A stretch of DNA of 64,000 nt from Alphaproteobacteria bacterium. GTDB taxonomy: Bacteria; Pseudomonadota; Alphaproteobacteria; MPNO01. The DNA lies in assembly GCA_965248835.1 (NCBI GenBank), contig CBDFLJ010000002.1:1184001-1248000 (forward strand), read 5' to 3'. Shown piece after piece: positions 8,506 through 18,072 of this stretch. The notes beneath the pieces were generated by a model. It was not told where the DNA came from. It made no database searches and saw only the letters and a list, made by a program, of their open reading frames with translations. Numbering within the stretch: position 1 is the first letter of the stretch; each line of letters starts with the position of its first letter. Both the position numbers and the translations under genes were made by a program.

Positions 8506-9387
8506 ATGGTCATGCGAAAACGTCGTTGCGGGTCCTTCGAGATCCAGGCGGTCGAGGAGTGGTCGGGCCTCTATCGCGACCCGCTGGAAATGTATCCCGA
8601 TGCGACGCCCGAGATCGTCGACCGACACCGCGATTGGCTGGTCCCCGAGGCGTTGGACGCCGAGTCGGGCCTGATGATCTTCGCCTTTCAGAGCTACCTT
8701 TTGCGGACCGGCCGCTACACGATCCTCATCGATTCCTGCGTCGGCGAGGACAAGGAGCGCCCCGACCGGCCGAACTGGCACCGTAAGAAATGGCCGTGGC
8801 TCGACAACCTCAAGGCCGCCGGCGTTGCCCCCGAGGAGGTCGATTTCGTGATGTGCACCCATCTGCACGTCGATCACGTGGGCTGGAACACCAAGCTCGT
8901 GGACGGGCGTTGGGTGCCGACCTTCCCCAACGCCGCCTATCTGTTCGGGGAGACCGAGTACCGCCACTGGGAGGCCGAGTCCAAGAACCTCGACTTCATG
9001 CGCGAGGTCTTCGCCGACAGCGTCCTGCCGATCATGGAAGCGGGCAAGGCCACTCTGATCGGCGCCGATTTCGAGATCGACGCGGGGCTGACGATCGAGC
9101 CGACTCCCGGGCACACGCCGGGCCATATCTGCCTCAACGTGAACTCGCAGGGCCAGCAAGCGGTGTTCGCCGGCGATCTGATGCACCACCCGCTCCAGGT
9201 GCCCGAGCCGCAGCTCTCCAGCATCTTCTGCAGCGACGCCGAGCAGTCGCGCATCACGCGCAAGGCCTTCGTCGAGCGCTATACCGACAGCGATACGGTC
9301 ATCCTGCCGGCCCATTTCCCCGGGCGCTCGGCCGGGCGCATCAGGGACCAGCGCGGAACGACGCGGTTCGTCTTCTGCGATGACTGA
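8506..9387 (+). CDS. Metallo-beta-lactamase fold hydrolase (lactonase-like)
   Basis: THLHVDHVGWN, PTPGHTPGH, GDLMHHP and PAHF motifs. GAGGAG RBS. Confidence 0.9.
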   Translation: MVMRKRRCGSFEIQAVEEWSGLYRDPLEMYPDATPEIVDRHRDWLVPEALDAESGLMIFAFQSYLLRTGRYTILIDSCVGEDKERPDRPNWHRKKWPWLDNLKAAGVAPEEVDFVMCTHLHVDHVGWNTKLVDGRWVPTFPNAAYLFGETEYRHWEAESKNLDFMREVFADSVLPIMEAGKATLIGADFEIDAGLTIEPTPGHTPGHICLNVNSQGQQAVFAGDLMHHPLQVPEPQLSSIFCSDAEQSRITRKAFVERYTDSDTVILPAHFPGRSAGRIRDQRGTTRFVFCDD

Positions 9388-10192
9388 GGCGCTTGGCGTC
9401 GGCATCGCGGGTCTGGGCGCGGTCGGCTGGCCGGTTGCCCGCGCCCTGGCGAACGGTCTGGACGGGCTCAGGCTCGCCGCGGTGTCCAGCCGCGATCTGG
9501 CCCGTGCGCGCGAACGCATGGCCGACATCGCGCCCGATGCCCCGGTGGTCCCTGCCGCCGCCCTGCCGGAACATGCCGACGTCGTCGTCGAATGCGTACC
9601 CAAGGCCGCCTTCGCCGAGGTCGCCGAGCCTGTGGTCGCGGCCGGCAAGATGCTGGTCACCGTCAGCGGGGCCGCACTCCTGGTCCATCCCGACATCGTC
9701 GACCGCGCCCGGCAGACCGGCGCGCGGATCGTGCTTGCGACCGGTGCGCTGCTCGGCCTCGATGCCGTCCGGGCAGCCGCGGAGGGCGAGATCCACGAGG
9801 TGCGGATGATCACCCGCAAGCCGCCCAGATCGCTCATCGGCGCGCCGCACCTGGAGCGGAACGGGATCTCGATCGACGGCCTTTCCGGGCCGCTCAAGGT
9901 CTTCGAAGGCTCCGCCCGTGAGGGTGCGGCGGGCTTCCCGGCCAATGTCAACGTCGCCGCGGCCCTGGGGCTTGCGGGTATCGGACCCGACCGCACGCGG
10001 CTCGAGATCTGGGCCGATCCGGCACTGGAGCGGAACACCCACGAGATCATCGTCGAAGCGGACAGCGCGCGCCTGACCATGAAGATCGAGAACGTGCCCT
10101 CGGACGAGAACCCGGGCACCGGCCGGATCACCGCCCTCAGCGTCATCGCCGCGCTGCGCGGGCTCGGCGCCCCGCTCAAGGTGGGGAGCTGA
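9380..10192 (+). CDS. nadX: L-aspartate dehydrogenase family protein
   Basis: GLGAVG Rossmann motif; VVVEC, TGALLGLD, TRKPP, F.GSAREGA..FPANVNVAAAL and ENP.T..ITALS motifs. Confidence 0.8.
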   Translation: MTEALGVGIAGLGAVGWPVARALANGLDGLRLAAVSSRDLARARERMADIAPDAPVVPAAALPEHADVVVECVPKAAFAEVAEPVVAAGKMLVTVSGAALLVHPDIVDRARQTGARIVLATGALLGLDAVRAAAEGEIHEVRMITRKPPRSLIGAPHLERNGISIDGLSGPLKVFEGSAREGAAGFPANVNVAAALGLAGIGPDRTRLEIWADPALERNTHEIIVEADSARLTMKIENVPSDENPGTGRITALSVIAALRGLGAPLKVGS

Positions 10193-10239
10193 GGCGTCCG
10201 TCGAGCTTTGCCAAGCTCATGATCAGGGAGAACGAGGCC

Positions 10240-11148
10240 ATGGAATACCAGGCACTCAAGTGGGAAGTGCGCGACAACCCCAAGCGTCCGGGCGAGCGCT
10301 GCATCGGCGTGATCACGCTGAACCGGCCGGAGGCGCTGAACGCCGTCGACGTGCGGATGCGGGTCGAACTCGACATCCTGTGCGACCAGATCAGCCACAA
10401 CAACCATCTCAAGGTGATCGTCCTGACGGGCGAGGGCAGGGGCTTCTCGGCCGGCGGCGACCTGAAGTCCGAAGCCGACCCGCTGGGCGCCGGATCGGAC
10501 CCCGCGTTCGACATGGGCAATTTCGGGCCCTACAAGGAGCTCGCTCACCTGTTCTTCAACGACCTGCGTCACCAGGTCCTGCAGCGCGCCTTCCGCAAGC
10601 TGGAGGATCTGCCTCAGATCACGATCGCGGCGATCAACGGGCCGGCGGTCGGCATCGGGCTGGAGATCACCACCCTGTGCGACCTGCGGATCGCCTCGGA
10701 CCGGGCGAGGCTCGGCGAGGTCGCGGTGCCGGCAGGCTTCCTTCCCGAATCCGGCGGCGCGCGCAACCTTCCCAAGCTCATCGGCATCGGCAAAGCGCTG
10801 GAGCTGATCCTCACCGGGCGGATCATCGAGGCCGAGGAGGCCGAGCGCATCGGACTGGTCGAGCGCGTGGTTCCCCATGAAGACCTGCTCGACGAAGTGA
10901 TGACGCTCGCCGGTCGGATTTCCTCCAACCCGTATCTGTCGGTCCGCTACGCCAAGGAACTGGTGAAAATGTACTGGAACGCCAACCGCAGCCAGGAAGG
11001 CTGGGACCGCGAGTTCGCAGCGATCCAGGAAATCACCCGGACCGGCGACTGCCGCGAGGGGATGCGCGCCTTCATGGCCAAGCGCCCGCCGGAATACCGC
11101 GGTCCTTACTACGAAGCCTGGCCGTTCGGGAACGGCGCCGGTGACTGA
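10240..11148 (+). CDS. Enoyl-CoA hydratase/isomerase (crotonase) family protein
   Basis: ITLNRPEALNA, GFSAGGDL, AAINGPAVGIG and GFLPESGG motifs. Alternative start 10219. Confidence 0.9.
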   Translation: MEYQALKWEVRDNPKRPGERCIGVITLNRPEALNAVDVRMRVELDILCDQISHNNHLKVIVLTGEGRGFSAGGDLKSEADPLGAGSDPAFDMGNFGPYKELAHLFFNDLRHQVLQRAFRKLEDLPQITIAAINGPAVGIGLEITTLCDLRIASDRARLGEVAVPAGFLPESGGARNLPKLIGIGKALELILTGRIIEAEEAERIGLVERVVPHEDLLDEVMTLAGRISSNPYLSVRYAKELVKMYWNANRSQEGWDREFAAIQEITRTGDCREGMRAFMAKRPPEYRGPYYEAWPFGNGAGD

Positions 11149-12694
11149 CCGGCCGTCGATCCCGGCGCGCTTGAACCTTTGCGGCGCGGTTCTGGACGAT
11201 ATTGTGCGCGGCGGGCACGGCGAACGAACCGCCTTCGTCTGGGAGGGCGGGTCGATCACCTGCTGGGCGCTCCTGGATCGGGTGAAGCGGCTTGCCGGCG
11301 GGCTCGCCGCGCACGGGATCGTTCGCGGAATGCCCGTTCTGGTGCGCATGCCCAACTGCATCGAATTCGTGCTCACCTTTCTGGCACTAACCCGGCTGGG
11401 CGCGATCCCTGTGCTGCAGAATTCGCTGCTCGGGACGGAGGAGGTCGACTATGTCCTCGAGCATAGCCAGACCAGAGCGGCGGTTTCGCTGGCAGCGATC
11501 GCCGATCCGCTGTTGCGCCGCGCCGAGACGATCGATGTCCTGATCTGGCGCGGAACACGTCCCGGCGCAACCTCCTTGGAGACGATGGCGCAAGGTGGTC
11601 CCGCGGTGCTCGCGCCCGCCGATACCGCGGCCGACGAACCTGCCTTCATGGTCTACACCTCGGGCACCACGGGCCGGCCCAAGGGGATCGTCCACGCCCA
11701 TCGATGGGTCCACGCGCTCGGCGAGGCCAACCGCTGTCGGGTACCGCCGGAGCCCGGAGACGTCGCGCTTGCGACCGGCGAGTGGAGCTTCATCAGCGCG
11801 CTCGGCCATAACGTGGTGTTTGCGCTGCGCAACGGCGTAACCGGCGCGATCCTCGAGGGGCGGGCGCAGCCCGAAAGGGTGCTGGCAGCGATCGAGGCGT
11901 TCAAGGTCACGCTGCTCTATTCGGTAGCCACGGTCTACCGCCGCGTGCTTGCCATCGCCGGGGTCGAGAACCGTTATGACCTGTCGAGCCTGAGGGGTTG
12001 CAGCGCCACCGGCGAAGCCCTCGAGGCCGCGACCTGGGAGGAGTTCAAGCGGCGCATCGGCTGCGAGATCTGGGAGCATTACGGTGTCTCCGAGATGCAG
12101 ATGGTGCTGGGCCAGGGTCCGCGGCACCCGGTCCGCCCGGGATCGATCGGCATTCCTCTGCCCGGCACTCCGGTCGCGGTCTGCGACGAGGATTACCGCG
12201 AACTGCCCGCCGGCGAGATCGGCCGGTTCCTGATCGGCGCCGACAACCCGGGCTTCTTCCTCGGCTACCATCGAGACGAGGCGTTGACCCGGCAGGTGAT
12301 CCATGACGGCTGGTACCATACCGGCGACCTCGCCTGGCGCGACGACGACGGCTATTACTGGATCGCCGGGCGCGAGGACGATTGCTTCAAGAGCCGCGGC
12401 ATCTTCATCTCGCCCTACGAGATCGAGGACGCGCTCCGCCGGCATGCAGGCGTCGCCGAGGCCTGCGTGGTGCCGAGCCCCGATCGGGAAATTGGCAACC
12501 GGATCCGCGCGGTCGTCGTGCTGCGCGGTAAGCACGCGGGCTCCGACGGGCTGGGCGATCGGATCCGCACCAGCCTGCGCGGCAGAATCGCGCCGTTCAA
12601 GATCCCGCATATCGTTGAAGTCGTCGACGCCCTGCCGATGAGCCCGGTCGGAAAGGTGCTGCGCCGAAAGGTCGCCGAAGGCGATAGCTCATAG
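11141..12694 (+). CDS. Acyl/aryl-CoA ligase (benzoate-CoA ligase-like)
   Basis: YTSGTTGRPKG, HYGVSE, WYHTGD, GREDD and LP.S..GK..R motifs. GTG start overlaps upstream stop. Confidence 0.88.
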   Translation: MTDRPSIPARLNLCGAVLDDIVRGGHGERTAFVWEGGSITCWALLDRVKRLAGGLAAHGIVRGMPVLVRMPNCIEFVLTFLALTRLGAIPVLQNSLLGTEEVDYVLEHSQTRAAVSLAAIADPLLRRAETIDVLIWRGTRPGATSLETMAQGGPAVLAPADTAADEPAFMVYTSGTTGRPKGIVHAHRWVHALGEANRCRVPPEPGDVALATGEWSFISALGHNVVFALRNGVTGAILEGRAQPERVLAAIEAFKVTLLYSVATVYRRVLAIAGVENRYDLSSLRGCSATGEALEAATWEEFKRRIGCEIWEHYGVSEMQMVLGQGPRHPVRPGSIGIPLPGTPVAVCDEDYRELPAGEIGRFLIGADNPGFFLGYHRDEALTRQVIHDGWYHTGDLAWRDDDGYYWIAGREDDCFKSRGIFISPYEIEDALRRHAGVAEACVVPSPDREIGNRIRAVVVLRGKHAGSDGLGDRIRTSLRGRIAPFKIPHIVEVVDALPMSPVGKVLRRKVAEGDSS

Positions 12695-12740
12695 GAGGCG
12701 GCTGCGTGTTCGGCCGCCGGGCGTCCATAGGTGCCCGGGA

Positions 12741-13712
12741 TCAGCGGACCGGGTCGTCGAAAGGCGAGTCGAACACGCCGAGATCGCCCAGCGCGTCCTC
12801 GGCGAAGCGGCGGGACAGGATCTCGTCGTGGCCCACCGCGCGGGTTTTCGGGTTAAGCGCCTTGAACCCGTCGAGCTGGGCCTGCCAATGGCCGGACGTC
12901 ATCTCGCCGTTGACGGCAAACCCGCCATTGTCCCGCTCCTGGCGCCAGATCGCGGCGACGGCGTCGTCGGGGATCGCGATGGTTACGTTGTTGCGGAAGA
13001 CGGTCTCGAAGGTCTCGAAGTCGTCGTGCAGCGCGCGCGAGGCCCGAATCATGCCGCGGGCCAGCCTGGCCAACGCCTCCGGGTTGTCTCGCTCATAGTC
13101 CTCGGTCGTCGACAGCACGCCGTGCGGCTGGAGCGGAACCAGCCGTTTGAGGTCGGCGAACCCGAGCAGGTTGGAAAGCTTGTCGCCGTGGTTCGCGGCC
13201 AGCGAGATCGCCTCTTCGACGCGGATCAGCGAGACGTCGATCGTGCCCGCGAGCAGCGCCTGGATGCGTTCGGGCGGCGGACCGAGGGCACGCCAGTCGA
13301 TTTCGTCTTCGCCGATGCCCAGCGCGGCCACGGTCAGCCGGGCCATGTGATGGCTGAGCGCGCCGAAGCCGTCGAGCGCCCAGGAGACGCCGCGGAGCTG
13401 GTCCGGGGCGGTGATCGATTTTCGGACGACCAGGTTCTGGGCCAGCCCGCGCGCCATCGAGACGACGATCCGGACCGGCGCCCCGTCGGCGCGCGCCGCG
13501 ATCGCCGGCCCCAGCCCGCCGTAGCAGGCATCGACCCGGCCGGCGAGCACCGACTCGATCGCCTGCACCCCGCCGTGGACCGGGATCCATGTCACATCGA
13601 GGCCCTGGTCCGCCCACAGCCCGAGGTCGGTCACGGCTGCACAGGCGAGGTCGTCGACCCCGAACGTCACACCGGAAGCCGCGGCAAGCCGCATCGCGAT
13701 TCGGTCGGTCAT
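12741..13712 (-). CDS. NMT1/THI5/SsuA-like substrate-binding-fold protein without evident signal peptide
   Basis: G...QGLDV, GGVQAIESVLAGRVD, L.G...A....G..SH and R..AL.AG.ID pattern. ATGA overlap with the MaoC gene. Confidence 0.72.
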   Translation of the reverse strand: MTDRIAMRLAAASGVTFGVDDLACAAVTDLGLWADQGLDVTWIPVHGGVQAIESVLAGRVDACYGGLGPAIAARADGAPVRIVVSMARGLAQNLVVRKSITAPDQLRGVSWALDGFGALSHHMARLTVAALGIGEDEIDWRALGPPPERIQALLAGTIDVSLIRVEEAISLAANHGDKLSNLLGFADLKRLVPLQPHGVLSTTEDYERDNPEALARLARGMIRASRALHDDFETFETVFRNNVTIAIPDDAVAAIWRQERDNGGFAVNGEMTSGHWQAQLDGFKALNPKTRAVGHDEILSRRFAEDALGDLGVFDSPFDDPVR

Positions 13713-14167
13713 TCTCGCTCCATGGGGCGGCGGCGGACGAAATGGAGACTGCTCAGCGTCATCACCACATCGTCCTCCTGGTTGCGGGTCTGGTAAGCGA
13801 TCCGGATCGCATCGCGGCCGCCTTCTTCCTTGGCCGGTGAGACCTCGATGATCTCGGCCGTCACCTTCAGCGTGTCCCCGGCGCGCACCGGCCGGAGCCA
13901 GCGCAGCTTGTCGATACCGGGCGAGCCCATGCCGCACGCCCGGAAGGTGCCGGTGCGGACGAACAACCCGAAGGTCAGCGACGCGGTCTGGTAGCCCGGC
14001 GCGACGATGCCGCCGAACATGGTCTCGGACGCCGCCGCGGGGTCGGTGTGATAGGGAAGGGGGGCATAGCGTTCCCCGAAGGCGATTATCTCCTCTTCGC
14101 TCAGCGTCATCGGCGCGCTCTCGATGACCTGGCCGACGAAGAAATCCTCAAAATAGAGATCGTCCAT
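13709..14167 (-). CDS. MaoC family dehydratase (hotdog fold)
   Basis: LYFEDF.VG, I.AF...Y.P.PYH.D, FGGIVAPG and LRWLRPVRAGDTL motifs. Confidence 0.88.
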   Translation of the reverse strand: MDDLYFEDFFVGQVIESAPMTLSEEEIIAFGERYAPLPYHTDPAAASETMFGGIVAPGYQTASLTFGLFVRTGTFRACGMGSPGIDKLRWLRPVRAGDTLKVTAEIIEVSPAKEEGGRDAIRIAYQTRNQEDDVVMTLSSLHFVRRRPMERE

Positions 14168-14175
14168 GGTCTCGC

Positions 14176-17100
14176 TCACGCCGCGACCGCGGCCAGCCGC
14201 TCGACAAGGTCCCGGACGCCGCCCAGCCGCCTGCCGGTCCCGGTCCAATCGCGCCGGAAAACCAGACGGTGGTCGGGCCGAAGCCTGGTGCGCCCGGCAT
14301 CGTCCTGGATGAAGTTGATCAGCCCTGCCGGGTTGGCGAAGCTGTTCTCGTGGAAGGCGAGCAGCGCGCCTTTGGGTCCTGCATCGATCTTCTCGATTCC
14401 TGCCGCGCGGCAGAACTGCTTGATGGCCACGACCTGGAGCAGGGTCTCGACTTCTTCGGGCAGCGGCCCGAACCGATCGATCAGCTCAGCCGCAAAGGAC
14501 TCGATCTCGGTCTTGTCTTCCAGCCGCGCGATCCGCCGATAGAGCCCGAGCCGCACGTCGAGGTCGCCGACGTAATTCTCCGGGATCAGGACCGGAAGGC
14601 CGAGCGTAATCTGCGGGGTCCAGTCCGATTTCGGCGCGTCGGATCCGCCGCGCGCTTCGGCGACCGCCTCCTCCAGCATCTGCTGGTAGAGCTCGACCCC
14701 GACCTCGCGGATATGGCCCGACTGCTCCTCGCCGAGCAGGTTGCCCGCCCCGCGTATGTCGAGGTCATGGCTTGCCAGCGAAAACCCCGCGCCCAGCGTG
14801 TCCAGGGTCTGCATGACCTCCAGCCGCTTCTGCGCGGCGGTGGTCAGCGCATGGGCCGGCGGCAGGGTGAGGTAGCAATAAGCCCTGAGCTTAGACCGGC
14901 CGACCCGGCCGCGAAGCTGGTAAAGCTGGGCCAGCCCGAACATGTCCGCCCGGTGGACGATCAACGTGTTGGCCCGCGGAATGTCGAGCCCGGACTCGAT
15001 GATCTGGGTCGAGACCAGGATGTCGATGCTGCCCTCGTAGAAGCCGACCATGACGTCCTCGATCGCGCGGCTGGTCATCCGGCCGTGGGCGATGGCGATC
15101 TTCACCTCGGGCACGAGCTCGGACAGCCGTGCCGCGACCTCGTCGAGCTGGGCGATCCGCGGGCAGACATAGAAGCTCTGTCCGCCGCGGAAATGCTCGC
15201 GCATGATCGCTTCGCGCACGATCACCGGATCGTAGGGCAGCACGAAGGTGCGCACCGCCAGCCGGTCGACTGGCGGGGTGGCGATTGTGCTCATCTCGCG
15301 CACCCCGCTGAGCGCCATCTGCAGGGTCCTGGGGATTGGCGTCGCGGTCATCGTCAGCACGTGCACGTCGGCCTTGAGCTGCTTGAGCTGCTCCTTGTGG
15401 GCGACCCCGAAATGCTGCTCCTCGTCAACCACCAGCAGGCCGAGATTGCGGAAACGAATCGACTTGGCGAGGAGGGCGTGGGTGCCGATGACGATGTCGA
15501 TGCTGCCGTCGGCGATCCCGGCCCTGGTCGCGGCGGCCTCCTTCGCACCGACCAGCCGCGAGAGCTGTCCGATGCGGACCGCCATATCCACGAAGCGCTC
15601 GTTGAAGGTCGCGTGGTGCTGGCGGCACAAGAGAGTGGTCGGCACCACGACCGCGACCTGGCCGCCGGCGTGGACGGTGTTGAACGCGGCCCTGAGCGCG
15701 ATCTCGGTCTTGCCGAAGCCGACATCGCCGCAGATCAGGCGGTCCATCGGTTGGCCGTTGGCGAGGTCGCCCAAGGTGTCCTTGATCGCATCGCGCTGAT
15801 CTTCGGTTTCGATGAACGGGAACCGGGCGCAAAACTCCTGATAGAGGCCGGGCTCGACAGTGATGGCCTGCGCGGGTCGGAGCTTGCGTGCGGCTGCGAC
15901 CTTGATCAGCTCGCCCGCCATGTCGAGCAGCCTTTTCTTGAGCTTCGCCTTGCGGTGCTGCCAGGAGGCGCCGCCCAAACGGTCGAGCATCGCCTCGGAC
16001 TCGCCGGAGCCGTAACGCGACAAGACTTCGAGACTCTCGACCGGGACGTAGAGCCGGTCTCCGCCGGCATAGGACAGGCGCAGGCAATCATGCGGCGCGT
16101 TCAGCGCGACCACGGTCTCCAGCCCTTCGTATCGGCCGATGCCGTGCTCGACATGGACCACCAGGTCGCCGGGAGCAAGGTCGGCGATGTCGGCAATGAA
16201 CTCCGAAGCCCTGCGCTTGCGGCGCGCCGGCCGGATCAACCGCTCGCCCAGGATGTCCTGCTCGCCGATCACGGCGAGATCGGCGGTCTCGAAGCCGCGC
16301 TCTACCGCAAGCGTGGCAAGCGCGACGCCATCCGAAGGTAGCGCCTCGACCTCGGGCCAGCTCTCCACCGGGTGGAGTGCGCGCACGCCGTGTTCGCGCA
16401 GGAGCTGGCCCAGCCGCTCGCGCGAGCCGGCGGAATACCCGGCGACGACCACGCGGCGCCCGCTCGCGCAATGCTCCCGGATCGCCGCGCACACACGGTC
16501 GAACAGGTTGGCCCGGGGTGCCTCGTCATCGGGATCGCCCGCACCCGGCGGGCCGGCCGCAAAGTTCGCTGCCTGGCGTCCATCGAAGTGGGCGATGCCG
16601 TCATAGGCGCCATGGGGCAGGTCGTCGGGCGCGCTGAACGGCTGGAAGCAGCCGACCCGGTTGCCGGCAAGTGCTGCGTCCCACGCGGCCGCGTCGAGAT
16701 AGAGCCGGTCGGGCGGCAGCGGGCGGTAGACCGGTATCGCCTCAGCGGCATTCCCGGTCGATCGGTTATGGGCGAAGCTCATCCGCGCATCGTAGTAGTC
16801 GGCAATCATTTCCAGCCGTGCGTCGCGGACCGCTTCGAACTGATAATCGAGCGTGACCAGCGCGCCCGGCGCGTAGTCGAAGATCGTCTCCATTTCCGCG
16901 TGGAACAGCGGCAGCCAGTGCTCCATGCCGATCTGCTGGCGCCCTTCGGAGATCGCCGCGTAGAGCGGATCCTCGCCGATGGCGCCGAACAGCGCGCGGT
17001 AGCCGGCGCGGAAGCGGCCGATCGAATCCGGGTCGAGCATCACCTCGCTGACCGGGGCAAGCGCCAGTCGTTCGACCACGCCGCAGGTCAACTGGGTACC

Positions 17101-17697
17101 GGCATCGAAGGCGCGGATGCCTTCGAGCACGTCGCCGAACAGATCGAGCCGGATCGGTTGCTCGTGGCCGGGCGGGAAGACGTCGACGATGCCGCCGCGC
17201 ACGGCGAACTCGCCGGGCTCGCGCACGGTGCTGGTCCGCCGGTAGCCATTGCACGTGAGAAATCCGCTCAGCGCGTCGAGGTCTATTCTGTCACCAGGCT
17301 GTGCGGCAAAGGCCGCATCCTTCAGCGCCGCGCGCGGCGGCACCCGCTGCAGCACCGCGTTGACCGTGGTGAGCACGACCAGCGGGCCGTCGCCGGTGCG
17401 CCGTGCCAGCCGGCACAGCGTATCAATCCGTTCGCTGGTGATCTCGCTGATCGGCGAGACCCGGTCATAGGGAAGACAGTCCCAGGCGGGGAACCGCAAG
17501 ACCTCCAGGTCGGGGGCGAAAAAGCCCACCCCGTCGGCGAGACGGGCGAGACGGGTGTCTTCGCGGGCGACGTGGAGAACTGCCGGCGCTCGGCCGCCGC
17601 GCGCCAGATCGGCGATCACCCGCGCGTCGAGGCCTTCGGGCACCCCTGCAAGGAGTGTCCGCCCGGCCGCTGTCACTGCCTCGATCAGATCGAGCAA
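14176..17697 (-). CDS. mfd: Transcription-repair coupling factor
   Basis: FPAWDCLPYD, VVHVEHGIGRY, CGDVGFGKTE, DEEQHFG, TATPIPRT, QLRGRVGR and DLDIRGAGNLLGEEQSG motifs. Confidence 0.98.
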   Translation of the reverse strand: MLDLIEAVTAAGRTLLAGVPEGLDARVIADLARGGRAPAVLHVAREDTRLARLADGVGFFAPDLEVLRFPAWDCLPYDRVSPISEITSERIDTLCRLARRTGDGPLVVLTTVNAVLQRVPPRAALKDAAFAAQPGDRIDLDALSGFLTCNGYRRTSTVREPGEFAVRGGIVDVFPPGHEQPIRLDLFGDVLEGIRAFDAGTQLTCGVVERLALAPVSEVMLDPDSIGRFRAGYRALFGAIGEDPLYAAISEGRQQIGMEHWLPLFHAEMETIFDYAPGALVTLDYQFEAVRDARLEMIADYYDARMSFAHNRSTGNAAEAIPVYRPLPPDRLYLDAAAWDAALAGNRVGCFQPFSAPDDLPHGAYDGIAHFDGRQAANFAAGPPGAGDPDDEAPRANLFDRVCAAIREHCASGRRVVVAGYSAGSRERLGQLLREHGVRALHPVESWPEVEALPSDGVALATLAVERGFETADLAVIGEQDILGERLIRPARRKRRASEFIADIADLAPGDLVVHVEHGIGRYEGLETVVALNAPHDCLRLSYAGGDRLYVPVESLEVLSRYGSGESEAMLDRLGGASWQHRKAKLKKRLLDMAGELIKVAAARKLRPAQAITVEPGLYQEFCARFPFIETEDQRDAIKDTLGDLANGQPMDRLICGDVGFGKTEIALRAAFNTVHAGGQVAVVVPTTLLCRQHHATFNERFVDMAVRIGQLSRLVGAKEAAATRAGIADGSIDIVIGTHALLAKSIRFRNLGLLVVDEEQHFGVAHKEQLKQLKADVHVLTMTATPIPRTLQMALSGVREMSTIATPPVDRLAVRTFVLPYDPVIVREAIMREHFRGGQSFYVCPRIAQLDEVAARLSELVPEVKIAIAHGRMTSRAIEDVMVGFYEGSIDILVSTQIIESGLDIPRANTLIVHRADMFGLAQLYQLRGRVGRSKLRAYCYLTLPPAHALTTAAQKRLEVMQTLDTLGAGFSLASHDLDIRGAGNLLGEEQSGHIREVGVELYQQMLEEAVAEARGGSDAPKSDWTPQITLGLPVLIPENYVGDLDVRLGLYRRIARLEDKTEIESFAAELIDRFGPLPEEVETLLQVVAIKQFCRAAGIEKIDAGPKGALLAFHENSFANPAGLINFIQDDAGRTRLRPDHRLVFRRDWTGTGRRLGGVRDLVERLAAVAA

Positions 17698-17710
17698 CGG
17701 TCTTCGCGTC

Positions 17711-17965
17711 TCACTGCGCGTGCTTGAAGGCCATCAACATGGCCATGACGTCGGTGTCGTAGGCGGCGGGCACGGGCTCCTGGCCGATCACCCAGGCCAG
17801 GATTTCCGGATCGGAGCGTTCGAGCAGCGCCTCGAAGCGGCCAAGCTGGGCCTCGCTCATGGTCTCCAGGCAGGTCTTGGCAAAGCCGCCGATGACGAGA
17901 TCGCTTTCCTTGGTTCCACGGCGCAAGCTGCGGAAGAGCAACCGTTTGCGGCGGGTGTCCTGCAT
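17711..17965 (-). CDS. sdhE: Succinate dehydrogenase flavinylation/assembly factor 2
   Basis: KRLLFRS.RRGTKE.DL, a variant of the RGxxE motif. Sits in the usual position between mfd and recG. Confidence 0.9.
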   Translation of the reverse strand: MQDTRRKRLLFRSLRRGTKESDLVIGGFAKTCLETMSEAQLGRFEALLERSDPEILAWVIGQEPVPAAYDTDVMAMLMAFKHAQ

Positions 17966-18072
17966 TTCTCAGATTTGGCCGATGCTCCGAATCGCGTAGG
18001 ATATAGACCGTCCCAAACGGCCTGTCAGCCCCGAACGGGCCGCCACGCCGACTCCCTCGTGCACGACCGGTG

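Noticed and set aside
8317-11376. 1019-aa minus-strand ORF
   Set aside because: Shadow of three well-supported plus-strand genes; its composition changes at their boundaries.
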